NCBI RefSeq assembly: GCF_054903095.1
Contig: NZ_CM142801.1
Reading direction: 5' to 3' (one strand)
Length of the DNA: 32,000 nucleotides
Below the pieces are notes generated by a model, which did no database searches, was not told the origin of the DNA, and saw only the letters and a program-made list of their open reading frames with translations. The number at the start of each line of letters is the position of its first letter. The stretch's first letter is position 1. The translations under genes and the position numbers were made by a program. Shown one piece after another: positions 9,001-15,225 of this stretch.

Positions 9001-11883
9001 ACGGTCAGCGTGTTGGCAGGCAACGGTGCAACGACTGCCCCAACGGTGATTACAGAGCCGGACGGCACGGTGGAGATCTCTGTCACCAGCCAGACCGCCG
9101 GAATCAGTGCGGTCACTGCAACTATCAACAACAGCACCGCGAGCCAGAACGTGATGTTTATCGCCGATGTCAGGACGGCGAAGATCGCTGATTTGGTGGT
9201 CATTAAGGACGACTCAGTGGCAGACGGCGCAATGGCGAATATGCTGCGGGCGAGGGTGACCGATGCGTTCGGTAATGCGCTTGCCGGACAGACGGTCAGC
9301 GTGTTGGCAGGCAACGGTGCCACGACTGCTCCGACGGTCACCACGCAGCCGGACGGCACGGTGGAGATCTCTGTCACCAGCCAGACCGCCGGAACCAGTG
9401 CGGTCACTGCAACTATCAACAACAGCACCGCGAGCCAGAACGTGATGTTTATCGCGGATGTCAGGACGGCGCAGATCGCGGATCTGGTGGTCACCCGGGA
9501 TAACTCAGTGGCAGACGGCGCAATGGCGAATATGCTGCGGGCGAGGGTCACCGATGCGTTCGGTAATGCGCTTGCCGGACAGACGGTCAGCGTGACGGCA
9601 GGCAACGGCGCAACGGTTGCTCCGACGGTGATTACAGAGCCGGATGGCACGGTGGAGATCAGTGTCACCAGCCAGACGGCGGGCACCAGTACAGTCACCG
9701 CCAGCATCAACAACAGCAGCCAGAGCCAGAATGTCACCTTTGTACCTGGTGATGCATCGCAGCTCACTTCAACCGTTGAAACAAATAAGTCGAACTATAC
9801 GGTTGGAGAGACAATCACCATCACGGTAACGCTCCGGGATGCGTTCGATAATCTGGTAACCGGTGCAGCTTCACAGTTAGCCGCTGATGGTGTGCTGACG
9901 GTGGCTGGCACTGACCCGTCAGAAACGGGAAGCTGGGTTGAATCAGGTGGCGTGTATACCACAACCCGAATGGCGACGATTGCCAGTACCAATCAGCACG
10001 CCAACCTGCAATTGCAGACGTGGAGTGATGGCGTAACGTCAGATCGCTATGACATACAGTCCGGTTCTCCGGCGCAAGCCACATCAACTATCGCTACGGA
10101 TAAAAACGCCTACACCGCTGGTGACACTATAACCGTCGCTGTGACGCTGAAAGACGCGCACGGTAACCTGGTTGAAGGGGGCGAGTCCTTATTGTCTGGT
10201 GATAACGTAACAGTAGAAGGAGCCGTACGTTCAGGAGGATGGTCTGAAACTGCCGGTGTTTATACTGCTACATGGTCGGCGCAAATGGCGGGAGACTCTC
10301 ACCACGCGACGCTGAAGTTGTCTGAATGGGGCAGCAGTAAACAATCAGAGAGTTATTCCATCCACAGCGGTGCTCCGGTGCAGGCAAATTCTGCTATCAG
10401 GACAGATAAATTGGCATATATCGCTGGGGAGCCATTAACCGTCACAATAACGTTGCGGGATGAGTTTGATAACCCTGCTTTAGGGCTGACATCAGAAGTC
10501 ATCGAGTCTTATATCGATAATTTCGCGGTAGGTGGCGCAACTCCCGATTCTCTGCAGTGGGTCGAGCAGAATAATGGTGAATATACCATTGTCTGGACAG
10601 CATGGGTTGCCGAGGAAAATCTGGTTGCCAGTCTGAAATTAAAAACATGGGGAACGGAGATTAAGTCCTCATTATACGGGATACAACCAGGTGCGGCGGC
10701 AAAATCTCAATCCACGATAGTCACGGACAAAACGAAATATATCGCTGGGGATAGCATAACGGTGACCGTTGTTCTTAAAGATGCCCAGGGTAACTTTATT
10801 ACTGATGGTGTCGTTCAGCTTAATGAGGAAAACGTACAAGTCAGGAACGCTGATTCTATTCAAGGCAATAATTGGATATACAATGGCAATGGGCAATATC
10901 AAAGACAGTATATGGCACATTTTGCGGAAGCGAATTTGAATGCGCAACTGAAGATGGCGGGTTGGGTCGATGCCAATTATTCAAAAAGCTACACTATTAA
11001 CAGAGGTGAAGTAAGTAAGTTTCGTTCACAGCTTCGTATACACGAAGTTTTAGTGGTAGCTGGGGCGGATATACCTGTCAGTGTTTTATTATCTGATGAA
11101 TTTGGTAATCCTGTGAATGACGGTCTGGATTTGCTGACAGATGATGCAGTGTACTTACAAAATGTGGAAAAGAAACATTGGTCCAGTTGGACATTTGTAG
11201 GTGATGGCAGATATGAGCGTACCTATATGGCCTACAAAGAAGGAGAAAACTTAAACTCATATCTACATATTAATGGTTGGTATGTAGACGGGCAACCGTC
11301 TTATACCATCCTTCCTTTTGTGGAAGTCGAGTCGCTGAGTGTTAATGGTGCAAAATTCAGGGCGGCAGATGGTTTTCCAAAAACAGGGTTTGATGGTGCT
11401 AAATTTACACTGATATTAACCCACAATATGAAAAACACGGATTATAATTGGACCAGCGGTATACAGGGTATTCAGGTCGATAGTAATGGTATGGTGACTT
11501 TAGAATATATTCTAAAGAACGAAATTACTATTACAGGAACGCCGAAAAGCAATAAAGGGAATAAAGTCACATATAGATTCTCACTGCAGAAATGGTTTTT
11601 ACCCCAAGGGGATTTTCAGGAAGCATGGAGTGTAATTAATTCATATTGTAGTGATAGGGGCTATAGATTACCGTCTAGTACGGATATAGTGGGGAGTGCA
11701 ACTAGCGGTGCTGTCCCGCGAAAAGTAGGTTCGTTATGGGGTGAATATGGTAATCTGACTTCTTATGACGGAATATTTCGCTCTGAACATTATTGGCTCG
11801 ACAGCGGTATGATATTTTATCCAGGAGATGGTCATCTCTCGATAGCGTCACGTTCATCCGCATTGTGTTTGCAAGAGTTCTGA
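1..11883 (+). CDS. air: Giant intimin/invasin-family (inverse autotransporter) adhesin, 5'-partial because the gene starts upstream of the window. It runs from the end of the beta-barrel/linker through more than 30 bacterial Ig-like (Big) domains, including 25 near-identical repeats, to a C-terminal C-type-lectin-like domain.
   Basis: Frame 1 is open from base 1 (KLVYEQYYGDEVALFGK...), so the listed ATG at 34 is internal. The stop TGA is at 11881-11883. The N-terminal part (GSRYDLVDRNNNIVLEYRKKE) matches the conserved end of the intimin/invasin beta-barrel linker (intimin: GSRYDLVQRNNNIILEYKKQD, from memory). It is followed by ~100-aa Ig-like units. The C-terminal ~100 aa (WFLPQGDFQEAW...SYCSDRGYRLP...SALCLQEF) has a Cys pair like the intimin/invasin lectin-like tip. 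The name air/eaeX is recalled from the EAEC 042 eip locus and is less certain than the family call. Confidence 0.9.
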   Translation, partial: KLVYEQYYGDEVALFGKDERQNDPHAITAGLSYTPVPLISFSAEQRQGKQGENDTRIGMELTLQPGHSLQKQLDPAEVAARRSLVGSRYDLVDRNNNIVLEYRKKELVRLTLTDPLKGKPGEVKSLVSSLQTKYALKGYDIEAASLQSAGGKVAVSGKDIQVTIPPYRFTAMPETDNTYPIAVTAEDSKGNFSRREESMVVVEKPTLSLADSTLSVDLQILLADGKSTSTLTYTARDSSGKPIPGMTLKTQAKGLQDFALSEWKDNGNGTYTQIVTAGKTSGALSLMPQFNGDNVAKTPALIAIVANTASRADSTIETDQDNYVAGKPIVVKVTLRDDNGNGVTGRKELLKQAVKVDNTKADAVSAWTEESEGIYKASYTAHLIGDKLTAQLTMPGWKTKHSDAFSIAGDKDTAKIAAMQITANNAVARRDHNTVAVTVRDVHQNLLQGQNVTFTVVNGAAVFADPNGGIVTTDKDGIASINLASDQAVNSLIKAEINGSSQSVEVSFITGDISQLTSTIKTDDVTYTAGGQIKVSVTLMDEQKNLVKGMASLLAGSGVVEVSGTDKNETGNWSEESDGVYTTTRTAKIAGDRHYATLKLSTWSSAQQSDAYAIRESGAVLAYSSIVTDKTAYTAGGAIKVTVTLKDSYENLVGGQRYAINQAIQLPNTKAESIAWNEDQKGIYTATYTALLPGTGLKAQLQMSGWASALTSNDYSISGDAASAQIVAMQVTTGNPDVLANGSDRHTVNVRVEDQFGNVLPEQTVTFTVTKGAAVFANAGQSADIRTDAHGMAEVDLSSTVADASTVEAKVNQSSDSKTVNFVADVSTAQVAELVVIKDGSEADGSTANTLRVKVTDAFGNTLAGQTVSVLAGNGATTAPTVTTQPDGTVEISVTSQTAGTSAVTASINTSSQSRDVTFIADVGTAKIADLVVIKDGSEADGSTANTLRVRVTDAFGNTLAGQTVSVLADNGATTAPTVITEPDGTLEISVTSQTAGVSAVTATINSSTQSQNVTFIADVRTAKIADLVVIKDGSEADGSTANTLRARVTDAFGNALAGQTVSVLADNGATVASTVTTEPDGTVEISVTSQTAGTSAVTASINNSTLSQNVTFIADVRTAKIADLVVIKDDSVADGAMANMLRARVTDAFGNALAGQTVSVLAGNGATTAPTVTTQPDGTVEISVTSQTAGTSAVTASINNSSQSRNVTFIADVSTAKIADLVVIKDDSVADGAMANTLQVKVTDAFGNTLAGQTVSVTAGNGATVAPVVTTQPDGTVEISVTSQTAGVSAVTATINSSTQSQNVTFIADVKTAKIADLVVIKDDSVADGAMANTLRVKVTDAFGNALAGQTVSVLAGNGATTAPTVTTQPDGTVEISVTSQTAGTSAVTASINSSSLSRNVTFVADVRTAKIASLEVTQDNSVADGAMANTLRVKVTDAFGNALNGQTVSVMADNGATVAPTVITEPDGTVEISVTSQTAGVSAVTATINSSSQSQNVIFIADVSTAKIADLVVIKDGSEADGSTANTLRVRVTDAFGNTLAGQTVSVLADNGATVTPTVITGQDGTVEISVTSQTAGTSAVTATINSSSQSRDVTFVADVRTAKIADLVVIKDDSVADGAMANMLRARVTDAFGNALNGQTVSVTADNSATVSPTVTTEPDGTAEISVTSQTAGISAVTATINNSTASQNVMFIADVRTAKIADLVVIKDDSVADGAMANMLRVKVTDAFGNALTGQTVSVMAGNGATVAPTVITEPDGTAEISVTSQTAGVSAVTASINNSTLSRDVTFIADVRTAQIADLVVIKDGSVADGSTANTLRARVTDAFGNTLAGQTVSVMAGNGATTAPTVTTQPDGTVEISVTSQTAGTSAVTASINNSSQSRDVTFIADVRTAQIAVLEVTQDNAVADGAMANTLRARVTDAFGNTLAGQTVSVMAGNGATVAPTVITGQDGTVEISVTSQTAGTSAVTASINSSTASRNVTFIADVRTAQIADLVVIKDDSVADGAMANMLRARVTDAFGNALAGQTVSVMAGNGATTAPTVTTQPDGTVEISVTSQTAGISAVTVSINNSTLSQNVTFIADVRTAQIADLVVIKDGSEADGLTANTLRARVTDAFGNALAGQTVSVTAGNGATVAPTVITELDGMVEISVTSQTAGTSTVTAGINNSSQSRNVTFVADVRTAQIADLVVSQDNAVADGAMANTLRARVTDAFGNTLAGQTVSVTAGNGATVAPTVITEPDGMVEISVTSQTAGTSTVTAGINNSSQSRNVTFVADVRTAQIADLVVSQDNAVADGAMANTLRVKVTDAFGNVLAGQTVSVLAGNGATTAPTVTTQPDGTAEISVTSQTAGISAVTASINNSTASQNVMFIADVRTAKIADLVVIKDGSEADGSTANTLRARVTDAFGNTLGGQTVSVLADNGATVASTMTTQPDGTVEISVTSQTAGTSTVTATINNSTLSQNVMFIADVSTAQIASLEVTQDNSVADGAMANMLRARVTDAFGNALAGQTVSVMAGNGATTAPTVTTQPDGTVEISVTSQTAGISTVTATINSSSQSRDVTFIADVRTAQIADLEVTRDNSVADGAMANMLRARVTDAFGNALGGQTVSVLADNGVTTAPTVITEQDGTVEISVTSQTAGTSAVTASINSSTASRNVTFIADVRTAQIASLEVTQDNAVADGAMANTLRVRVTDAFGNTLAGQTVSVLADNGATTAPTVITEPDGTLEISVTSQTAGVSAVTATINSSTQSQNVTFIADVRTAKIADLVVIKDGSEADGSTANTLRARVTDAFGNALAGQTVSVLADNGAAVAPTVTTHPDGTVEISVTSQTAGVSTVTASINSSSQSRDVTFIADASTAQIADLVVIKDGSEADGSTVNTLRARVTDAFGNTLGGQTVSVLADNGATVSPTVTTQPDGTVEISVTSQTAGVSTVTASINNSSLSRNVTFVADVRTAKIADLVVIKDGSEADGSTANTLRARVTDAFGNTLAGQTVSVLAGNGATTAPTVITEPDGTVEISVTSQTAGISAVTATINNSTASQNVMFIADVRTAKIADLVVIKDDSVADGAMANMLRARVTDAFGNALAGQTVSVLAGNGATTAPTVTTQPDGTVEISVTSQTAGTSAVTATINNSTASQNVMFIADVRTAQIADLVVTRDNSVADGAMANMLRARVTDAFGNALAGQTVSVTAGNGATVAPTVITEPDGTVEISVTSQTAGTSTVTASINNSSQSQNVTFVPGDASQLTSTVETNKSNYTVGETITITVTLRDAFDNLVTGAASQLAADGVLTVAGTDPSETGSWVESGGVYTTTRMATIASTNQHANLQLQTWSDGVTSDRYDIQSGSPAQATSTIATDKNAYTAGDTITVAVTLKDAHGNLVEGGESLLSGDNVTVEGAVRSGGWSETAGVYTATWSAQMAGDSHHATLKLSEWGSSKQSESYSIHSGAPVQANSAIRTDKLAYIAGEPLTVTITLRDEFDNPALGLTSEVIESYIDNFAVGGATPDSLQWVEQNNGEYTIVWTAWVAEENLVASLKLKTWGTEIKSSLYGIQPGAAAKSQSTIVTDKTKYIAGDSITVTVVLKDAQGNFITDGVVQLNEENVQVRNADSIQGNNWIYNGNGQYQRQYMAHFAEANLNAQLKMAGWVDANYSKSYTINRGEVSKFRSQLRIHEVLVVAGADIPVSVLLSDEFGNPVNDGLDLLTDDAVYLQNVEKKHWSSWTFVGDGRYERTYMAYKEGENLNSYLHINGWYVDGQPSYTILPFVEVESLSVNGAKFRAADGFPKTGFDGAKFTLILTHNMKNTDYNWTSGIQGIQVDSNGMVTLEYILKNEITITGTPKSNKGNKVTYRFSLQKWFLPQGDFQEAWSVINSYCSDRGYRLPSSTDIVGSATSGAVPRKVGSLWGEYGNLTSYDGIFRSEHYWLDSGMIFYPGDGHLSIASRSSALCLQEF
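2467..9741 (+). repeat. Tandem array of 25 x 291 bp (97 codons) near-identical in-frame Big-domain repeats inside the adhesin gene
   Basis: I counted 25 consecutive units of the form [I/V]AD[V/A]xTA[K/Q]IAxLxV...VTDAFGNxLxGQTVSV...DGTxEISVTSQTAG.S.VTA.IN.S..S..V.F. 25 x 291 = 7275 bp fits exactly from codon V at 2467 to codon F at 9739-9741. The shadow ORFs on the other strand recur at the same 291-bp period. Confidence 0.97.
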
Positions 11884-11897
11884 TGTTACTTATATTT

Positions 11898-11919
11898 TTG
11901 CCCTGCATATGCAGGGCAA
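11898..11919. terminator. Perfect 22-nt palindrome (ttgccctgcatatgcagggcaa) between the convergent adhesin and eilA genes; putative intrinsic terminator
   Basis: It starts 15 nt after the adhesin stop and ends 14 nt before the eilA stop. The sequence is self-complementary. On the + strand it is followed by aatttatctt; the U-tract on the minus strand is poor. Confidence 0.55.
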
Positions 11920-11932
11920 TTTATCTTAGTTC

Positions 11933-13630
11933 TTACGCAGAAGTACGCATCACACCGATAGTATTAAATTCATTTTTTACACTGAGCAAACGGGGGTCAT
12001 GAAGCAAAACATTTGACCATAAATCATTGTCTTTAATTAATTGTTGCCAGCGCTTTTCATATTCTTTTTTACCATACACAGTGTAAATCAACGGCAAAAT
12101 AACACCATTGATTTTGTTGGTGTTAATATTTGCCAGTAACTTCATAATGTCATTTTTTATAGATGCGCCATAGATCAGAAATTTCGTATAAAGCGAGTTA
12201 ACACAGGTGTAATCAAGACCATGTTCAGGCTCAAGTTTAAGCAATAAACTTTTGGCTTTGTCATTATGTCCTTTCAGTGCCATGAACATAGCCAGAATAG
12301 AGGTAATAATTGGATTATTACAGGTGTTTTGACTGTTAAGATTTAATGCAAAAGATATCGCGTTATCGAGGGGGGATGTGTAATAAAGTATAATTAATTT
12401 AAGAATGCTTATACCCATTTTATTGGGTTCAAGAGCAATACTTTTTTCTATTAGATTAAATGCTCTTGCAAGATCACCGTTCAAAAAACATAGCAGAGAC
12501 TGATAATAATAAACGTCTGGCGAATTAGGTTTGAGTAAATGTGCTTGCTTAAATAGCACATTAGACACTGAATGTTCATCTTTTAGCCCACTGATTAAAC
12601 CCAGTAAACCCAATGCCTGAGAATTTGAAGGGTTAATTTCAAGAGCCTTTTCAATGGAGGTTACTGCCGTAGTTATTGCTTGTTTTTGTTCACTGAGTCC
12701 AAGGAGGGCTAATGATATATGGCATTCCGCCAGGCAACAGTAGGGCAAGGTATTTTGCGGTTGCGTACTCACACAATCTCTAAATATTACTAATGCTCGT
12801 TTCAAACTCTCTGGTGTATAACGATACATTTCCATTCTGCCATTCATATACATAACAGCAGAATCCAGAGATGGCATTTGTTGTGTATTAATAGATTTAA
12901 AATTAATGTTGGGTATTTTTTCAATAAGAATATTAATTACTTGTGATAATAATACGGAAAGAGGATTATCGGGGTGGAAATCAATACTTTGATGATCAAT
13001 CAATTTATGTGTTCTGGCATGAATTAACTCAATAAATAAACGCCAGTTTTTACCATAGTGAACGACCTGACCCATAATATAATATTCTGGACCTGTTTTA
13101 TTGATAAACTGATGGATAGTGGAGAAATCACTGGCCTCATTTGTTACCGAAGCGGGTAAAATATCTAAACCACAAAAAGCATATTTTGAAAGGCCCTGGA
13201 CAAGTTCGTAATGGAGTTTTAGAACATTGATCGAACCTTCGGTACGAAAGGGAAAAACGGCAAGAGTGGTGGTCGACTTTACCGGTTCATTATCGGTCAC
13301 AATCACAATAGGTACAGTAAAACGGTATCCACGACCATAGACCGTTTCGATATACTTACACTGTTTATTCTCATGCAAAAGTTTGCGCAATGCATAAATA
13401 CATCGTGTTAGAGATTCATCACTGGCAACACTCGCGCTCCAGACCTTATCGATAATCTCTTCTTTGCTAACAATTTCACCGTCAGCATTAAGTAATAGAA
13501 TGATAACGCCAAGTTCTTTCGGTGGAATATGATATTCTTTGTTTTTGAATAATAATATTCCATTGTTTTTTAATACAAAGTCGCCAAATATATATTGTTG
13601 TGTATTATTTTTTCCATGTTGCAGTTGCAT
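11933..13630 (-). CDS. eilA: HilA-like transcriptional regulator with an N-terminal OmpR/ToxR-type winged-helix DNA-binding domain and a C-terminal TPR-like region
   Basis: 565 aa. The N-terminus reads FGDFVL...LLFKNKEYHIPPKELGVIILLL...GEIVSKEEIIDKVW......SLTRCIYALRKLL......YIETVYGRGYRF, typical of a trans_reg_C domain. It is followed by long helical repeats, as in HilA (553 aa, from memory). SD ggaaggag lies upstream of the ATG. It sits next to the Sip/Ipa-like genes. Confidence 0.85.
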   Translation of the reverse strand: MQLQHGKNNTQQYIFGDFVLKNNGILLFKNKEYHIPPKELGVIILLLNADGEIVSKEEIIDKVWSASVASDESLTRCIYALRKLLHENKQCKYIETVYGRGYRFTVPIVIVTDNEPVKSTTTLAVFPFRTEGSINVLKLHYELVQGLSKYAFCGLDILPASVTNEASDFSTIHQFINKTGPEYYIMGQVVHYGKNWRLFIELIHARTHKLIDHQSIDFHPDNPLSVLLSQVINILIEKIPNINFKSINTQQMPSLDSAVMYMNGRMEMYRYTPESLKRALVIFRDCVSTQPQNTLPYCCLAECHISLALLGLSEQKQAITTAVTSIEKALEINPSNSQALGLLGLISGLKDEHSVSNVLFKQAHLLKPNSPDVYYYQSLLCFLNGDLARAFNLIEKSIALEPNKMGISILKLIILYYTSPLDNAISFALNLNSQNTCNNPIITSILAMFMALKGHNDKAKSLLLKLEPEHGLDYTCVNSLYTKFLIYGASIKNDIMKLLANINTNKINGVILPLIYTVYGKKEYEKRWQQLIKDNDLWSNVLLHDPRLLSVKNEFNTIGVMRTSA

Positions 13631-13778
13631 AGAACGCTCCTTCCGTTTTCTCTATTCATAGTATTAATTTGATCAATATAAAATAAAGTATTGGCAGAAT
13701 TGCTCTATCAAAAAACGCTCATTTTGTAAGATTGTGATGAAAAAATGAATGAAAGGTGATGCTTAATAATATGAAACG

Positions 13779-13801
13779 CTGGTCCCATTTTTCGGGACCA
13801 G
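13779..13801 (-). terminator. Hairpin (ctggtccc/gggaccag, 8-bp stem) downstream of eipD; possible operon terminator
   Basis: The inverted repeat starts 32 nt after the eipD stop on the minus strand. It is followed by cgtttcatatt, a weak U-tract. Confidence 0.4.
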
Positions 13802-13832
13802 ATAGTGGGCGATAATTGTGGGTGTTACTTAA

Positions 13833-15182
13833 TCAGAAACGTAAATAATCTTTCGCTGAATCAAACAACGCAGTAATGGTTGAAGATAATAATTTGATAA
13901 TTGTATCGTAGGTGGAGTTGGCTGTACTGTATTTAGTCGTGATAACCTGCACGTCGGTTTTCATGTTTTCTGCCTGGCCGTTATAACCCGCCAGCCATGC
14001 CTGGTATTCAGCTGTGCTTATTTCGTAGCCGGTGAATTCTTTAGATATATTTTTTTCCTTCCCTTTATCGTCCCTGTGTACCATTGAGTCTGAAGACTGA
14101 CTCATACTGTCAATAATCTGAGGGTTGGGAATAATAACATACAGACCGCTACCTTGCGGTTCAACTTCGACAATCGGAGAAGGTGTGCGGTGTTTGGGAT
14201 CGGGTGGAATTACCGGAAGTCCTAAAGCGGCGCACCATTTTTCTGCTTCTTCCAGTGGAACACCAATTTTGTCAGCAGGTGCCGGAGGGTATAAAACATA
14301 GTCTGGATTGTAATGATAGTGGAAATCACCATTAGGATATTTATCGATATAATAAAAATGCATCAAGGCCTTTTGAAATGCATTGACATCAAAAACTATC
14401 GCATCGCCTTTTTTATTAGAGTGAGTCCACTTTCCCATATTGCTTTGGATATGTTCACTGAAGTCCTGCCAGTATGCGCTCATTATCTCAACGCTATTCG
14501 CATAAATTTCGAGGTAGTCGCTACCGAGCACACTCATCAAATCAGCAATATCACTGCATATATATTTATCACTTTTAAATTCGCTTGAACTACTGGCCGT
14601 TAAAGTACTGCTGGTTGCTGAACTTCTCACTTCAGGCACAGAACTCTCTAAAGAAGCGATAGCGTGAGTTAAGGTTCCTTTGGTCGTTGCCATTGCAATT
14701 GACCCGGTTGTGTTGTCAGCAACGTTAGCCAGGGTTTTTCTCACAGAGTTATGCAGGGTCAATATTGCAGCGGGATCCTTTAATTTTCCGTCAATAGTAT
14801 TAACATTTTCTGTAAGCTGCAGAACGTTTTTTATCAGCGAATAACTTTCGTGTAAGAGCGCAGATCCTTTCTCTGACAGGTTCTCAGTTGGGAAATTTCT
14901 GAGCATGTTTTTAACGAAGTTGAGTTGTATGTCATGCTGGCATTTCCAGTCTTCATTTCGCGGGCTACGTTCACTGACTAAAGTTGATAGTTTTTCAACA
15001 TCTTTCTTGAGCATAGCGCCAATATTATTATCCTTACTGGCGCTGTTATGCAAATTACCCTCGCTTTTGCTGTTTCCCAGTTGATGAGGCTCCTCACTTT
15101 GCGAGGATGCCTCTTTAAGAGGAATGTTTGCATTCTGCTGACGTAGAATATCTATATTTAAATTATTATCTTTATTAATCAT
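13833..15182 (-). CDS. eipD: T3SS needle-tip/translocator protein, SipD/IpaD/BipD family
   Basis: 449 aa. The central motif ICSDIADLMSVLGSDYLEIYANSVEIMSAYWQDFSEHIQ resembles the SipD/IpaD coiled-coil core. The C-terminus ...LLSSTITALFDSAKDYLRF resembles ...LSSTISS...K.FL.. of SipD/IpaD (from memory). SD aaggagga is present. It is last in a sicA-sipBCD-like gene order. Confidence 0.85.
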   Translation of the reverse strand: MINKDNNLNIDILRQQNANIPLKEASSQSEEPHQLGNSKSEGNLHNSASKDNNIGAMLKKDVEKLSTLVSERSPRNEDWKCQHDIQLNFVKNMLRNFPTENLSEKGSALLHESYSLIKNVLQLTENVNTIDGKLKDPAAILTLHNSVRKTLANVADNTTGSIAMATTKGTLTHAIASLESSVPEVRSSATSSTLTASSSSEFKSDKYICSDIADLMSVLGSDYLEIYANSVEIMSAYWQDFSEHIQSNMGKWTHSNKKGDAIVFDVNAFQKALMHFYYIDKYPNGDFHYHYNPDYVLYPPAPADKIGVPLEEAEKWCAALGLPVIPPDPKHRTPSPIVEVEPQGSGLYVIIPNPQIIDSMSQSSDSMVHRDDKGKEKNISKEFTGYEISTAEYQAWLAGYNGQAENMKTDVQVITTKYSTANSTYDTIIKLLSSTITALFDSAKDYLRF

Positions 15183-15225
15183 GTGTCATTCCTCCTTAAA
15201 TATAAGGAACTATTATTGCAATAAT

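Noticed and set aside
2467-9741. Regular 291-bp periodicity that could superficially suggest a CRISPR-like or satellite array
   Set aside because: The units are contiguous with no unique spacers. They are far longer than CRISPR repeats and are all in frame within a single protein-coding ORF encoding Ig-like domains.
2436-9767. A series of long minus-strand ORFs (up to 322 aa, e.g. 5214-6176 and 8799-9767) antisense to the adhesin repeats
   Set aside because: They are shadow ORFs. They recur with the same 291-bp period as the sense repeats, and they arise because the GC-rich periodic sequence lacks stop codons in that frame. Their translations are low-complexity (V/T/A/L/S), and they have no independent start or SD context.
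2570-9829. Repeated 60-92 aa Arg/Ser/Pro-rich ORFs in other + frames within the repeat array (e.g. 3056-3322, 8294-8572)
   Set aside because: They are out-of-frame read-throughs of the same repeat, with a highly biased arginine-rich composition. The frame-1 ORF is continuous for ~3960 codons and explains the region.
11793-12002. 69-aa + strand ORF spanning the adhesin stop, the palindromic terminator and the eilA 3' end
   Set aside because: It overlaps two well-supported genes and a terminator hairpin. It has no SD and a hydrophobic nonsense-like translation.
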